Shown here in pieces: positions 10,506 through 21,279 of a stretch of 64,000 nucleotides of DNA (position 1 is the first letter of the stretch; each line of letters begins with the position of its first letter). The position numbers and the translations under genes were made by a program. The stretch is from Desulfuromonadales bacterium (GTDB lineage: Bacteria > Desulfobacterota > Desulfuromonadia > Desulfuromonadales > SZUA-540), in NCBI GenBank assembly GCA_033549025.1, contig JAWSUS010000011.1, positions 27,831 through 91,830 on the forward strand, written 5' to 3'. The notes under the pieces were generated by a model that searched no databases, had not been told where the DNA came from, and was given only the letters and a program-made list of their open reading frames with translations.

Positions 10506-10535
10506 TGTGGATAAGCCTGTGGAAAATGTGAATAA
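10506..10535 (-). promoter_or_regulatory. Cluster of three co-oriented DnaA boxes
   Basis: TGTGGATAA (perfect, 10506-14), TGTGGAAAA (10518-26), TGTGAATAA (10527-35). Confidence 0.65.
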
Positions 10536-11247
10536 GGAAGGAATTTCCGGTGGGGCATTTCCCTCAGACCTCTTGGGGCATCATCTGGGCATATTCGCCA
10601 AGGAACCGATCCCCGGACAGGTAAAGACACGGCTGAGCCCACCTTTGACCCCGGCGGAGGCCGCTCGGCTCTATGAGGTCTGCCTGCAGGAGACAGTACA
10701 GCGCCTGCGCGAAACGGATGTCGCCCTTACCCTCTTTTATACCGGTTCAGAAGCCTATTTTCGCCGGATCTTCCCCGACATTGTCTTGCAGCCCCAGGAA
10801 GGAAACGACCTCGGAGAGCGCCTGGAGAGAGCTCTGAGCTTCCTGTTCAATCAGGGGGCGACCGGCGCCGCCCTGGTCGGCTCGGACAGCCCCGATATCC
10901 CTTTGCCCCTGGTGAAGGAGGCGTTTGAGCTTCTGGGTGAAGCCAAAGCCCTCACCATTCCCGCGCGGGATGGCGGCTATGTCCTCGTCGGCGAAGGGAG
11001 CCACCACCCCCGGCTCTTCCGTGATATTCCCTGGAGTACGGACCAGGTCCTGTCGGAAACGCGGTGCCGGGTCGCTGAATTGAACCTGGACTATCGGGAG
11101 CTGGCCCCCTGGGATGATGTCGATGACCTTCCCTCGCTGGGGCGACTGCTCGAACGTTCCCCCGCGTGCGAGACGGCCTGTTTCGTGCGGGCTCATCTGA
11201 CGAAATATCTGAGTTTAATCGAAGGGTTAAAAAGTCAAAGGGGTTGA
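10528..11247 (+). CDS. DUF2064/TIGR04282-type nucleotidyl/glycosyltransferase-like protein; start uncertain
   Basis: IFAKEPIPGQVKTRL, QEGNDLGERL, GSDSP, DGGYVLVG, DVDD. Confidence 0.85.
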   Translation: MNKEGISGGAFPSDLLGHHLGIFAKEPIPGQVKTRLSPPLTPAEAARLYEVCLQETVQRLRETDVALTLFYTGSEAYFRRIFPDIVLQPQEGNDLGERLERALSFLFNQGATGAALVGSDSPDIPLPLVKEAFELLGEAKALTIPARDGGYVLVGEGSHHPRLFRDIPWSTDQVLSETRCRVAELNLDYRELAPWDDVDDLPSLGRLLERSPACETACFVRAHLTKYLSLIEGLKSQRG

Positions 11248-11348
11248 TTTTGCGGGTTTTTCCAGCCGATAGACATTGACAGACGCAGGAGGATAACCGA
11301 TAATTCACCCCTTGTACGGACGCGTACTACCTAAAAGGAGGCCTTATT

Positions 11349-12020
11349 TTGGATCTCATCCTGAACGCCGGACCGGTCGTCAAACTGGTCATGTTGATAC
11401 TGGCCTATTTTTCCATCGTCAGCTGGGCCATCATTTTTTTCAAGTTTCGTGAAATCCACCGAGCCACCAAAGATTCCTCCGGTTTTCTCGATTTTTTCTG
11501 GAGCAAGAAACGTCTGGACGTCATCGGCCAGGGACTCAAGGATTTCCGCCACTCCCCCCTGACCGTCCTCTTCCGCGAAGGCTATCAGGAGCTGCTCAAG
11601 GATCAGCGCCGCCGGGATCCCGACGAAGAGCCGGCCTTCTCCGCTGACCTCGGGCGGGCCGAGAGTGTGGCCCGCGCCCTGCGTCGGGCCACCACCCAGG
11701 AGACGCAGCGCCTGGAAAAGTTCCTCACCTTTCTGGCCACTACCGGTTCGACGGCCCCCTTTATCGGTCTGTTCGGCACCGTCTGGGGCATCATGGACTC
11801 CTTCCGTGGCATCGGCCAGACCGGCAGCGCCTCGTTGGCCGTTGTCGCCCCGGGGATCTCCGAAGCCCTGGTGGCCACGGCCATCGGCCTGGTGGCGGCC
11901 ATCCCCGCCGTGGTGGGCTACAACCATTTTGTCAACAAGGTCAATGTGCTCACGGGCGAGATGGATAATTTCAGTCAGGAATTCCTCAATATCGTCGAGC
12001 GCATGGGACGGAGAGGCTGA
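11349..12020 (+). CDS. tolQ: Tol-Pal system protein TolQ
   Basis: AAGGAGG RBS plus TTG start; [25 protein letters not shown]; operon context. Confidence 0.93.
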   Translation: MDLILNAGPVVKLVMLILAYFSIVSWAIIFFKFREIHRATKDSSGFLDFFWSKKRLDVIGQGLKDFRHSPLTVLFREGYQELLKDQRRRDPDEEPAFSADLGRAESVARALRRATTQETQRLEKFLTFLATTGSTAPFIGLFGTVWGIMDSFRGIGQTGSASLAVVAPGISEALVATAIGLVAAIPAVVGYNHFVNKVNVLTGEMDNFSQEFLNIVERMGRRG

Positions 12021-12022
12021 AG

Positions 12023-12445
12023 ATGGAAGTCGGTCGGCGTGACAGCAGCAGTCGCAGAGCCCTGTCCCAGATCAACGTCACCCCCTTTGTCGATGTCATG
12101 CTGGTGCTGCTCATCATCTTCATGGTGACGGCGCCGATGATGGATCAGGGCGTCGAGGTCAACCTGCCGGAGGTCGCCGAGGCTCCGACCCTGGAGGCGG
12201 CCAACGACCCGCTCATCCTCACCGTTGACAAGCAGGGCGCCATTTCGATCGGGCGCTCCCGGGTAGACAATGCGGACAAGCTCGTCCCCGTCCTGGAGCA
12301 GATGCTCAGCACACGCAAGGAGAAGGAGGTCTTTTTGCAGGCGGACCGGGATGTCCCCTACGGCAAGGTCGTGCAGGTTATGGCGGCCGTGCGCAAGGCC
12401 GGCGTCAGCAAGATGGGGATGGTGTCGCAGCCCCCGGAGCGCTGA
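12023..12445 (+). CDS. tolR: Tol-Pal system protein TolR
   Basis: INVTPFVDVMLVLLIIFMVTAP, ADRDVPYG. Confidence 0.93.
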   Translation: MEVGRRDSSSRRALSQINVTPFVDVMLVLLIIFMVTAPMMDQGVEVNLPEVAEAPTLEAANDPLILTVDKQGAISIGRSRVDNADKLVPVLEQMLSTRKEKEVFLQADRDVPYGKVVQVMAAVRKAGVSKMGMVSQPPER

Positions 12446-12480
12446 AATGAGGCTGCGGATGCGGGCACGGATAACCTGAT

Positions 12481-13326
12481 ATGAAGACAGTCAAGCAGAC
12501 AGCTCCGAGCGCGCCTCGATCCGCGGCGCCTTCCGGTTTGGGACGTATGGTGATTCTGTCGCTGGCGGCCCACCTGGCTGTGGTCCTGTCGTTTACCGTC
12601 GGCCTCATTCCCCTGCGGCAGACGCCGCCACGGGAAGTCTATCACGTCGACCTGGTGAACCTGCCGGTGAAAGACCCGCAAGCCGGCCGGCCCGACGCCC
12701 GTCCGACGGAAAGCAAAAAACCGGAGCCGCCCAAGCCGGCCCCACCGCCGGCCCAGCCCAAGCCGGCGCCACCCGCCCCCAAGGTCGAAGCCAAACCTGC
12801 GCCTAAACCCGCTCCCAAGCCGGCCCCGAAACCGGTAGCCTCTGTCAAGCCGGTGGCAAAGCCAGCCGAGAAAAAGGCCGCCGCCCCGGCGGCGCAGTCA
12901 GACCCCCTGAAGGCTATCGAGGAGATGCGGCGGCGGCAGGAGGTGGAAGAGCTGAAACAGAAGCTGGCCCGTCTGAGCCAGAGCGACACGCGCAGCCCGT
13001 CGACCAGCCAGGCCCCCGTAGGTATGCCGACGGGTAAGGGGACCGAAGCAGGGGTCTCCTACGACGCCTGGATTCACGATTACCTCAAGGCGGCCTGGAG
13101 TCTGTCCAAATATCAGGTGGGACGTCTTGATCTCGAGGCAAGGGTGCGACTGCAGTTCGACGCCCGCGGGAATCTGCGTAATTACGAGTTCACCAAGGAG
13201 TCGGGGGACAGCCGTTTTGACGACTCGGTCCGTCGGGCCATCCTGCAGCTTAAGGAGTTACCGAATGAACCAGGGCGCCCCCTCGACCTGAACGTGACAT
13301 TCAACCTCAAAGATCTGCTGGAGTAA
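12481..13326 (+). CDS. tolA: TolA/TonB-like energy transducer
   Basis: TM helix with SxxxH, Pro/Lys-rich linker, TonB_C-like end (SGDSRFDDSVRRAI); between tolR and tolB. Confidence 0.8.
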   Translation: MKTVKQTAPSAPRSAAPSGLGRMVILSLAAHLAVVLSFTVGLIPLRQTPPREVYHVDLVNLPVKDPQAGRPDARPTESKKPEPPKPAPPPAQPKPAPPAPKVEAKPAPKPAPKPAPKPVASVKPVAKPAEKKAAAPAAQSDPLKAIEEMRRRQEVEELKQKLARLSQSDTRSPSTSQAPVGMPTGKGTEAGVSYDAWIHDYLKAAWSLSKYQVGRLDLEARVRLQFDARGNLRNYEFTKESGDSRFDDSVRRAILQLKELPNEPGRPLDLNVTFNLKDLLE

Positions 13327-13329
13327 TCC

Positions 13330-14625
13330 ATGATACGTACCTGTTGGCTGTTGCTGTTACTGCTGTTGTCCTCGAGCCTGCCTGCCGCCGCCCAGATCAT
13401 CATAAGCGCCCCAGGCAAGCAGGCCATTCCCCTGGCGGTGACCGAATTTCTGCCCTTGCCGGGTCAGAGCGCCCGCCCGGAGGTGGCCCGCGAGCTGGAC
13501 GAGCTGCTGCGAGGCGATTTTGACCTTTCCGGCCTCTTCGCCTTGCTGCCGCGGGAATCCTACCTCAGCGATGCCTCCCGGCTGACCCTGAACAGCGCCG
13601 AAGTGAACTTTGAGCAGTGGCGCCTGCTCGGCGCCCAGTCCCTCGTCAAAGGCGGTTATGCCGTGCAGGGGGACGAATTGGTTATCGAGGCCCGGTTGTT
13701 CGATGTGGGCAGTCGCCGCATGCTGACCGGGCGGCGCTATCAGGGCAAGCTGGCCGACCTGCGCCGCATGGGGCATACCTTCGCCGATCAGGTGCTCAAA
13801 GGACTCACCGGGGAACTGGGGCCGTTCAATACCCGCATCGCTTTTGTCGGTTCTCACAGTGGTCATAAAGAGCTGTATCTGATGGATGTAGACGGTCGCA
13901 ACGTCAAGCGCATCACCGACCATCGCTCCATCGTCCTCAATCCCGATTTTTCCCCTATCGGCAAGGAGATTCTGTTCACCTCCTACAAGGGCGGCAACCC
14001 CGATCTCTATCGTAAGGAAATCTATTCCGGGCGCGAAGCGCGGTTTTCCTATCGGCGGGGTCTGAACATCTCCGGCCGCTATCGGTCGGACGGCAAGGAG
14101 GTCGCCGCCACCCTGTCGCGGGACGGCAACGCCGAGATCTACCTCATTGGTATGAACAGCGCCATTCACAAACGACTGACCAACAGCTGGGGAATCGATG
14201 TCGATCCCACCTGGAGTCCCCGTGGCGATGAGATCGCCTTCGTCTCCGACCGGCTGGGCAATCCGCATATCTTCATTGTCGATGTCATCAAGGGCGAGGT
14301 CCGGCGGTTGACCCGGGACGGCAAATACAATGCCACCCCGGCCTGGAGCCCCAAGGGGGACCGTCTCGTCTTCAGCCGTCTGGAAGGGGGCGTCTTTGAC
14401 ATCTTCACCATTCGCCCCGATGGCAGCGATGAGCGCCGACTGACCTTCGGGCCCGGCAGCAAGGAACATCCCCGCTGGAGCCCCGACGGACGATTTATCG
14501 TCTATTCCTCCGACGAAAAGGGCGAAAAAGCCATTTACATCATGCGGGCTGACGGCAGCGGCTCCCGTCAGATATCGCCGTCAGGGGGGGAAAGCCGGCA
14601 TCCGGCCTGGTCTTCTTCCTGGTAA
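13330..14625 (+). CDS. tolB: Tol-Pal beta-propeller protein TolB
   Basis: Signal peptide, TRIAFV, repeated PxWSPxG units. Confidence 0.94.
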   Translation: MIRTCWLLLLLLLSSSLPAAAQIIISAPGKQAIPLAVTEFLPLPGQSARPEVARELDELLRGDFDLSGLFALLPRESYLSDASRLTLNSAEVNFEQWRLLGAQSLVKGGYAVQGDELVIEARLFDVGSRRMLTGRRYQGKLADLRRMGHTFADQVLKGLTGELGPFNTRIAFVGSHSGHKELYLMDVDGRNVKRITDHRSIVLNPDFSPIGKEILFTSYKGGNPDLYRKEIYSGREARFSYRRGLNISGRYRSDGKEVAATLSRDGNAEIYLIGMNSAIHKRLTNSWGIDVDPTWSPRGDEIAFVSDRLGNPHIFIVDVIKGEVRRLTRDGKYNATPAWSPKGDRLVFSRLEGGVFDIFTIRPDGSDERRLTFGPGSKEHPRWSPDGRFIVYSSDEKGEKAIYIMRADGSGSRQISPSGGESRHPAWSSSW

Positions 14626-14738
14626 ATAGGTTGTTTTTTCTCCGCGGTTACGTATATGATTTCCATGATTTTTGCATCGCAAGCCGTCCATATTCGAAGT
14701 TCTCTATAATGCAGTATTTCTGAAAGGAGTCTAGGATC

Positions 14739-15293
14739 ATGAATGTACGTCAGTTTGGAAAAGGGATTTTTCTGGGGATATTGGTAGCGCTGCTGGCGAC
14801 TGGCTGCGCCAAAAAGCCGGCTCCGAGTGACACTTTGGAGTCCGATCAGGCAGGCTTCACCCAGGAGACCGTTCCGTCCGATGGCGGCGGCTTCCAGGAG
14901 CAGTCCTTCGACGAACAGGCCTTTACCGAGTCACCCGGGCTGGTTGACGCCGACGTGATCACCGGTCTTGAGCGGGTCTTCTTTGAGTTCGACCAATACA
15001 CGCTGAGCGAGCAGTCCCGGGAAGTGCTGGCCAACAACGCCCAGTACCTGAAAAACAACCCTGGCGTCAAAGTGGTCATTGAGGGGCACTGCGACGAGCG
15101 CGGTTCCGACGAGTACAACCTGGCTTTGGGTGAGCGCCGGGCGGCCGCGGCCAAAAACTATGTCGTTTCTCTTGGCGTGGCAGAAGATCGCATGACGATC
15201 ATCTCCTACGGCGAGGAAATCCCTCTCGATCCCAGCACCTCGGAAGAGGCCTGGGCCAAGAACCGGCGGGCTGAATTCAAGGCCGTTCGCTGA
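14739..15293 (+). CDS. pal: Peptidoglycan-associated lipoprotein
   Basis: Lipobox ATGC, IEGHCDERGSDEYNLALGERRA, AWAKNRRAEF. Confidence 0.96.
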   Translation: MNVRQFGKGIFLGILVALLATGCAKKPAPSDTLESDQAGFTQETVPSDGGGFQEQSFDEQAFTESPGLVDADVITGLERVFFEFDQYTLSEQSREVLANNAQYLKNNPGVKVVIEGHCDERGSDEYNLALGERRAAAAKNYVVSLGVAEDRMTIISYGEEIPLDPSTSEEAWAKNRRAEFKAVR

Positions 15294-15306
15294 TAGTCGC
15301 TGTTAA

Positions 15307-15339
15307 GGGGCTGTGTCGCAGAAGCACAGCCCCCGTTTT
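15307..15339 (+). terminator. Stem-loop or partial terminator between pal and cpoB
   Basis: GGGGCTGTG...CACAGCCCC followed by GTTTT. Confidence 0.5.
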
Positions 15340-15356
15340 GCCGCTGAAGGAGAAAA

Positions 15357-16145
15357 ATGGTGAAAGGGTGGAAAGTAATCGTGCTGATGGGGATGCTGGC
15401 GGTCATGACGGCTGGCTGCATACCGACCCAGCGAGACCTGCGCATGGAACGGGATCTCGAGGAGATGAAGCGCCGGCTGGCCTCCTTTGAACGCAATGCG
15501 GCCCTGCAGCGCCAGGCCGCGCCGGGCGAAAGACGTCTGGACGAGGTTGGCCGTCAGGTCGCTGATCTCCAGGCGGCGGTGGACACCTTGCGCGTGGATG
15601 TGCAGGCCGTCAGTGGCCGGATGGAAGACCTCACCCGCCAGCGTGAGGAAACTCGTGAGGAAATGGCCCTGATCCGCGATGATCTGAGCCTGAAGGTTTC
15701 TTCCCTTGAAGACAGGATGGCTGGCCTGACAGCAGGAGCGATCTCTCCGGCCGGCACTAATACGTCAGCCTCGTCCCCCGAGGCACTTTACGAGGAAGGT
15801 CTGGCGCTGATCCGCCAGCAGGGCAACTTTGTCGATGGTCGTAAAAGGATGAGCGATTTCGTGCAGGATCATGCTGCTCATCCCCTCGCCGTCAACGCCA
15901 TGTACTGGATCGGCGAGGCCTACTATGGCGAGAAGAAATACGAAAACGCCATTTTGCAGTTTCAGGATGTGATTCAGAAATATCCGGACAACCCCAAGGC
16001 GCCGGCCGCCATGTTGAAGCAGGGCCTGGCCTTTCACGCCCTTGGCGACATCAAGAATGCCAAGGTCATCATGCAGAAGGTGATGGAGACTTACCCCAAG
16101 TCGGCGGAAGCCGAAAAAGCGCGCGAACGCCTGGCCGCCTGGTAG
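15357..16145 (+). CDS. cpoB: Tol-Pal system protein YbgF/CpoB
   Basis: Lipobox TAGC, coiled coil, TPRs (NAMYWIGEAYY, AMLKQG), directly after pal. Confidence 0.92.
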   Translation: MVKGWKVIVLMGMLAVMTAGCIPTQRDLRMERDLEEMKRRLASFERNAALQRQAAPGERRLDEVGRQVADLQAAVDTLRVDVQAVSGRMEDLTRQREETREEMALIRDDLSLKVSSLEDRMAGLTAGAISPAGTNTSASSPEALYEEGLALIRQQGNFVDGRKRMSDFVQDHAAHPLAVNAMYWIGEAYYGEKKYENAILQFQDVIQKYPDNPKAPAAMLKQGLAFHALGDIKNAKVIMQKVMETYPKSAEAEKARERLAAW

Positions 16146-16173
16146 CCAGGAGCGCATCATATCGACAGTTCAG

Positions 16174-16209
16174 ACAGAAAAGGCGGCCGCAGGCCGCCTT
16201 TTCTGTTTT
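16174..16209. terminator. Bidirectional intrinsic terminator
   Basis: ACAGAAAAGGCGGCC-GCA-GGCCGCCTTTTCTGT perfect 15-bp stem between convergent genes. Confidence 0.9.
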
Positions 16210-16231
16210 AAGCGAAAGATTTCTGGATGAG

Positions 16232-16702
16232 CTATTTGACAATCAGCCAGGAGCCGTCCGGCTGCCGGCAGGCGGTGCCGTAGGCCAGCTGCTGCTGCCC
16301 GCCGATAATGACGGTTTGCTGGTATTCCCGGCAGTACTGGTTTTCGGCGGCCTGATAGGTGCGTACGGGGGTGAAGGTGCCCGAGTTGCCGCTGTCGGGG
16401 TTAACCCAGTTGGTTGTCTGGTTGGTCCGGGTGTATTCCAAGGCATACTGGGCGTTCTGCTCCATGGCCAAGCGATCGGCACGGTCAAGGGAACGTCCGA
16501 TCTCCTGCCCGAGCAAAGCGCCGGCCAAAGTCCCGACCGCAACGGCAACCAGACGGCCCCGCCCCGAACCAACCTGCGCGCCAAGCAGGGCGCCGCCGGT
16601 GGCGCCCAGGAGCGTACCGGTCTCTTCTTTGGGGCCGGCAGTCGGAGCACAACCGGTTAAAACCAAAGCCACCAAAGTGATCATCGCGAGCATTTTTTTC
16701 AT
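16232..16702 (-). CDS. 17 kDa surface antigen-like glycine-zipper lipoprotein (RT0821/Lpp0805 family)
   Basis: Lipobox LTGC, glycine zipper, WVNPDSG, CREYQQ, GTACRQPDGSW. Confidence 0.9.
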   Translation of the reverse strand: MKKMLAMITLVALVLTGCAPTAGPKEETGTLLGATGGALLGAQVGSGRGRLVAVAVGTLAGALLGQEIGRSLDRADRLAMEQNAQYALEYTRTNQTTNWVNPDSGNSGTFTPVRTYQAAENQYCREYQQTVIIGGQQQLAYGTACRQPDGSWLIVK

Positions 16703-16988
16703 TGCCCTATTCCCCATAATTAAAGTGTGTTCGATAGCAAAAGGCTCAGGACGGATGCATTCGAGTATAGCGGTGGCCTGCCAGCTGTCAAGCAAGGCCC
16801 CGGGATAGGGGCCGAGGCCGCACGGATAACGGCCTATGGCACCTGCGTGGCCGGCCGCCTATTTGATGGGTGCTTATCTTGACGAAGGAGCAGGATATGG
16901 TAGGAGATGAGTAGGGAATACATGCCTTATAAACTTCGTGCCCTTGTTTGATTCCCCGATTTCCATTCTTTTTTGATTCTTTCCACGC

Positions 16989-17008
16989 TTTTTGACCCAG
17001 GTCAAAAA
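16989..17008. promoter_or_regulatory. Crp/Fnr-family (HcpR/Fnr-like) operator upstream of nar operon
   Basis: Inverted repeat TTTTTGACC-CA-GGTCAAAAA about 95 bp before narC. Confidence 0.75.
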
Positions 17009-17100
17009 TAAAAATAAAAAAGCGTTCTATAAAAAGCTATCGGTCTTTATGGCCGAGGTGGATTCTCTTTCTTTTTCAGTCAGGGGCAGGAGGTTTCCTT

Positions 17101-17640
17101 ATGGTCACGGTGGGACAATGGCGTGCAGCCCTGTTGCTGGGCATCCTGTTATTCGTTTTAGCCCTGCCGGCTGGCGCCCAGCCGCAGGCGGCAGATCCGC
17201 AGCGGGGTGAGGCGCTTTATGTGGGGACGGAGCCATTTGCAGCCGGGGGGGCTCCCTGTCTTGGCTGTCATGGTATTGCCGGCGCAGGGTTGGGCTTAGC
17301 CGGCGGCTCCAATTTCGGGCCTGATCTTACGGCTATTCATGATAACTACGGGGAAGAGGGGGTGGCCTTCGTATTGGAAGATCTGGCCTCTTTTCCCAGC
17401 ATGACTCCCCTCTACACCGGACGTCCCCTGACGGCCGCTGAGCAGGCTGACCTTGCTGCCTTTCTGGCCGAAGTGGCTGGCCGCGCGCCACTACAGGCCG
17501 GCAGCCAGGTGGTGGCTCATGGGGCCATCGGCGCTTTGGCGGTAGTGGCCCTGTTGTTTCTGTTTGGCTGGAAGCGCCTTAAGGGCGTGCGCCGGCACCT
17601 GGTGGCCAAGGCTCACCTGAGCAAGGGAGGTCTGCAATGA
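17101..17640 (+). CDS. narC: Membrane-anchored monoheme cytochrome c (NarC-like)
   Basis: Signal peptide, CLGCH, GPDLT, candidate distal Met, C-terminal TM; stop overlaps narG start. Confidence 0.8.
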   Translation: MVTVGQWRAALLLGILLFVLALPAGAQPQAADPQRGEALYVGTEPFAAGGAPCLGCHGIAGAGLGLAGGSNFGPDLTAIHDNYGEEGVAFVLEDLASFPSMTPLYTGRPLTAAEQADLAAFLAEVAGRAPLQAGSQVVAHGAIGALAVVALLFLFGWKRLKGVRRHLVAKAHLSKGGLQ

Positions 17641-20600
17641 GCTGGATTAAGGATATTTTTGACCCCAAGGCACGCGCCTGGGAGGAGTTCTATCGCAACC
17701 GTCACCAGTGTGACAAGGTTGTTCGCAGTACCCATGGTGTTAACTGCACCGGCAGCTGCTCCTGGAACGTTCACGTCAAGGATGGCATTGTTGCCTGGGA
17801 GCTGCAGGCCACGGACTACCCGGAACTGGAGGAGGGGATTCCCCCCTACGAACCGCGGGGCTGCCCACGCGGAGCCGCCTTCTCCTGGTACATCTACAGC
17901 CCGCTGCGCATCAAATATCCCTACCTGCGCGGCGTCCTCATGGATCTCTGGCGGCAGGCGAAAGAGGACCATAAGGATCCCGTGGCCGCCTGGGCTGCCA
18001 TTGTCGAGAATGCCGAGAGCCGCAGCCGTTATCAGCAGGCCCGAGGCAAGGGGGGCTTCCGCCGCAGCAGTTGGGAAGAGGTGGAGGAGATGATCGCCGC
18101 CTCGACCATTTACACCATCAAGAAATACGGGGCCGATCGCCTTATCGGCTTCTCTCCCATCCCGGCCATGTCCATGCTCAGCTTCGCCGGGGGGTCCCGC
18201 TTCATGCAGCTGATGGGCGGCGTCAACCTGAGTTTTTACGACTGGTACTGCGACCTGCCCAATGCGTCTCCCGAAATATGGGGGGAGCAGACGGATGTGG
18301 CCGAAAGCGCCGACTGGTACAACAGCAAATACATCGCCGTAGTCGGCTCCAATGTCGATATGACCCGCACCCCCGATGCCCACTATCTGGTGGAGGCGCG
18401 CCACAACGGTTCCAAGGTCACCGTTCTGTCTCCAGACTTTAATGTCACCGCCAAGCACGCCGATTGGTGGATTCCCGCTCATGCCGGCCAGGACGGCGTC
18501 TTCTGGATGGCCGTCAACCACGTCATCCTTAAGGAATTTCACGCCGAGGGCAAGACGCCCTTTTTCTTCGACTACCTCAAGCGTTACACGGACAGCCCCT
18601 TCCTCATCCAGCTGGAAGAGACGGGGGGAGGGTACCGGCCGGGCCGTATGCTGTCGGCTGCTTCGCTGGCGCGCTACAGGGAGGAAGAGAACGCGGCCTT
18701 CAAGTACCTGATCTGGGATGAAGGCGGGCAGCAGCCGCGCATGCCTCTAGGCACGCTGGGCTTCCGCTGGCAGGAGAAAAAGGGAGAGTGGAACCTGCAG
18801 ATGAAGGACGGCCAGGATGGACAGGAGCTTTCCCCGGCGCTGAGCCTGCTCGAAGGCCGGGAAGGGGTTCTGGAGGTCGATTTCGACGATTTTGGCGCTG
18901 GCCGGGCGACCCGACGGGGCGTTCCCGTCCGTTACGTGCAGACCCACGACGGACCAGTGGCCGTTACGACCATCTACGATCTGCTGATGGCCCAGTTCGG
19001 CGTCGGTCGTGGTCTTGCTGGTGACTATCCTGGCAGCTACGACGACGACAGCGGTGTCTATACTCCGGCCTGGCAGGAGAAATTCACCGGCATCGACCGC
19101 ACCGGTGTCATCCAGTTCGCCCGGGAGTGGGCCGCCACGGCGGAGAAGACAGAAGGCAAGTGCTCAATCATCATCGGGGCGGGGGTCAACCACTGGTATC
19201 ACGCCAATCTGATTTACCGCGCCGGCATCGTCGCCCTCATGCTTTGCGGCTGTGTCGGCCGCAACGGCGGTGGTCTCAACCATTACGTGGGCCAGGAAAA
19301 ACTGGCGCCGGTGGCCCCCTGGGCGACTATCGCCGGCGCCCTGGACTGGTCACGGCCCCCGCGTTTCCAGAATACGCCTTCCTTCCACTACGTCCACAGC
19401 GATCAATGGCGCTACGAGCGAACGGCCGACGAGGTGCGCATCAATCCCGTGGCGCAGGAGACTCCCTTAAGTGCCGACCACACCATAGACCATCAGATCC
19501 GCGCCGTCAGGCAGGGCTGGCTGCCGTTCTATCCCCAATTCGACCGCAGTCCCGCCGAGGTCGTGGAGCAGGCTCGGGCAGCCGGCGCCTCTGACAACCA
19601 GGGGATCGTCGATTGGACGGTGAAGCAGTTGGTGGACAAAAAGATGAAGTTCGCCGTCGAAGACCCCGACGCGCCGGAAAACTGGCCGCGGGTCTGGTTC
19701 ATCTGGCGGGGCAATGCCCTCATGTCCAGCGGCAAGGGGCATGAGTATTTTCTCAAGCACTATCTCGGCACCCACCACAGCAGCGTGGCGCCGGAGACCG
19801 CCCGGGAGTCGATCAAGGAGGTTCGCTGGCACGATCAGGCGCCGGAAGGAAAGCTGGATCTGGTCGTCGACATCAACTTCCGTATGGATACCACAGCCCT
19901 CTACTCCGACATTGTTCTGCCTACGGCGACCTGGTATGAAAAGGACGATCTCAGCAGTACAGACATGCATTCTTTTATCCATCCCATGCAGGAGGCCGTG
20001 CCGCCCTGTTGGGAATCGAAGAGCGACTGGGACATCTTTAAGGGGCTGGCCAAGCGGGTGAGTCAGCTGGCCGAAGTGCATCTGCCGAAACCGGTGCGTG
20101 ATATTGTTGCCGTCCCTCTGCAGCACGACACCCCCGCCGAAATGGCGCAGCCGACCATTCGCGACTGGAGCAAGGGGGAGTGCGAGGCCATCCCTGGCAA
20201 GACCATGCCCGGCCTGGTAGTGGTGGAGCGGGACTATGTCAACCTCTACAACCGCTTCATCTCTTTTGGTCCCGGCGCCCGCCAGCACGGCATCGGCGCC
20301 CACGGTCTCTCCTGGTCCATCGAAGATTTCTACGATGACCTGAAGCGGACCAATCCGACGGTTTCCTGGAACGGCCAGGATTTCCCGTCCCTGGCAGAGG
20401 CTCGGGATGCGGCCAACGTCATTCTTGCCCTGGCGCCGGAGACCAACGGCGAGGCGGCCTATCGCGCCTACCAGGCCGAAGAGAAGAAAGTCGGCCTCCC
20501 CCTGTGTGATCTGGCCGAAGGCAACCGCAACGTCCGCACGACCTTCGACGACCTCAATGCCCGCCCCCGCCGTCTGCTGAACAGCCCCTGCTGGAGCGGC

Positions 20601-21260
20601 CTGACCACCAATGGTCGTGCCTACTCGGCCTATGCCTTTAATGTCGAGCGGCTGGTGCCCTGGCGCACCCTGACGGGCCGCCAGCACTTCTACCTGGACC
20701 ACGAAGGCTACATCGCCGCCGGCGAACACCTGCCGACCTACAAGCCCAAGCCCGATCCCAGCTCTCTGCAGGATCTGGTGCTGAGCGAGACGGGGGAAAA
20801 GACCCTCATGCTCAACTACCTCACCCCCCACGGCAAGTGGAACATTCACAGCACCTACGGCGATAATCATCGCATGCTGACCCTGTCAAGGGGCTGTCAT
20901 CCATTCTGGATGAACGACCGCGACGCCGAAGAGCTCGGTGTCAAGGACAACGACTGGGTGGAAGTCTTCAACGACCACGGCGTCGTGGTGACGCGGACGG
21001 TAGTCAGCGCCCGTATTCCGGCGGGGCTCGCCTTCCTTTACCATGCCCCGGAACGCACCATGGGGGTGCCGAAGTCGCCGCTGCGGGGCAACAAACGGGC
21101 CGGTGGCCACAACAGTCTCAACCGCATCCGACTCAAGCCCAATCTGATGCTCGGAGGCTATGGCCAGTTTACCTACGGCTGGAACTACTGGGGTCCGACG
21201 GGGGCCAACCGCGACACCTTCATCCTGGTGCGCAAACTTCAAGGCGAACCGCAATACTGA
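17637..21260 (+). CDS. narG: Respiratory nitrate reductase alpha subunit
   Basis: [44 protein letters not shown]; no Tat signal. Confidence 0.96.
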   Translation: MSWIKDIFDPKARAWEEFYRNRHQCDKVVRSTHGVNCTGSCSWNVHVKDGIVAWELQATDYPELEEGIPPYEPRGCPRGAAFSWYIYSPLRIKYPYLRGVLMDLWRQAKEDHKDPVAAWAAIVENAESRSRYQQARGKGGFRRSSWEEVEEMIAASTIYTIKKYGADRLIGFSPIPAMSMLSFAGGSRFMQLMGGVNLSFYDWYCDLPNASPEIWGEQTDVAESADWYNSKYIAVVGSNVDMTRTPDAHYLVEARHNGSKVTVLSPDFNVTAKHADWWIPAHAGQDGVFWMAVNHVILKEFHAEGKTPFFFDYLKRYTDSPFLIQLEETGGGYRPGRMLSAASLARYREEENAAFKYLIWDEGGQQPRMPLGTLGFRWQEKKGEWNLQMKDGQDGQELSPALSLLEGREGVLEVDFDDFGAGRATRRGVPVRYVQTHDGPVAVTTIYDLLMAQFGVGRGLAGDYPGSYDDDSGVYTPAWQEKFTGIDRTGVIQFAREWAATAEKTEGKCSIIIGAGVNHWYHANLIYRAGIVALMLCGCVGRNGGGLNHYVGQEKLAPVAPWATIAGALDWSRPPRFQNTPSFHYVHSDQWRYERTADEVRINPVAQETPLSADHTIDHQIRAVRQGWLPFYPQFDRSPAEVVEQARAAGASDNQGIVDWTVKQLVDKKMKFAVEDPDAPENWPRVWFIWRGNALMSSGKGHEYFLKHYLGTHHSSVAPETARESIKEVRWHDQAPEGKLDLVVDINFRMDTTALYSDIVLPTATWYEKDDLSSTDMHSFIHPMQEAVPPCWESKSDWDIFKGLAKRVSQLAEVHLPKPVRDIVAVPLQHDTPAEMAQPTIRDWSKGECEAIPGKTMPGLVVVERDYVNLYNRFISFGPGARQHGIGAHGLSWSIEDFYDDLKRTNPTVSWNGQDFPSLAEARDAANVILALAPETNGEAAYRAYQAEEKKVGLPLCDLAEGNRNVRTTFDDLNARPRRLLNSPCWSGLTTNGRAYSAYAFNVERLVPWRTLTGRQHFYLDHEGYIAAGEHLPTYKPKPDPSSLQDLVLSETGEKTLMLNYLTPHGKWNIHSTYGDNHRMLTLSRGCHPFWMNDRDAEELGVKDNDWVEVFNDHGVVVTRTVVSARIPAGLAFLYHAPERTMGVPKSPLRGNKRAGGHNSLNRIRLKPNLMLGGYGQFTYGWNYWGPTGANRDTFILVRKLQGEPQY

Positions 21261-21279
21261 TGAAACAGGAGAATCGACC

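Noticed and set aside
12715..12895. Repetitive CCG/AAG-rich stretch
   Set aside because: Pro/Lys/Ala linker typical of TolA/TonB proteins.
16837..16851. TGGCACCTGCGTGGC as a sigma54 promoter for nar
   Set aside because: Lacks TTGC at -12 and lies upstream of the Crp/Fnr-type site; probably chance.
17637..21260. Nitrite oxidoreductase or periplasmic Nar/perchlorate reductase
   Set aside because: No Tat signal, and narJ, narI and narK context favours cytoplasm-facing Nar; phylogeny was not run.
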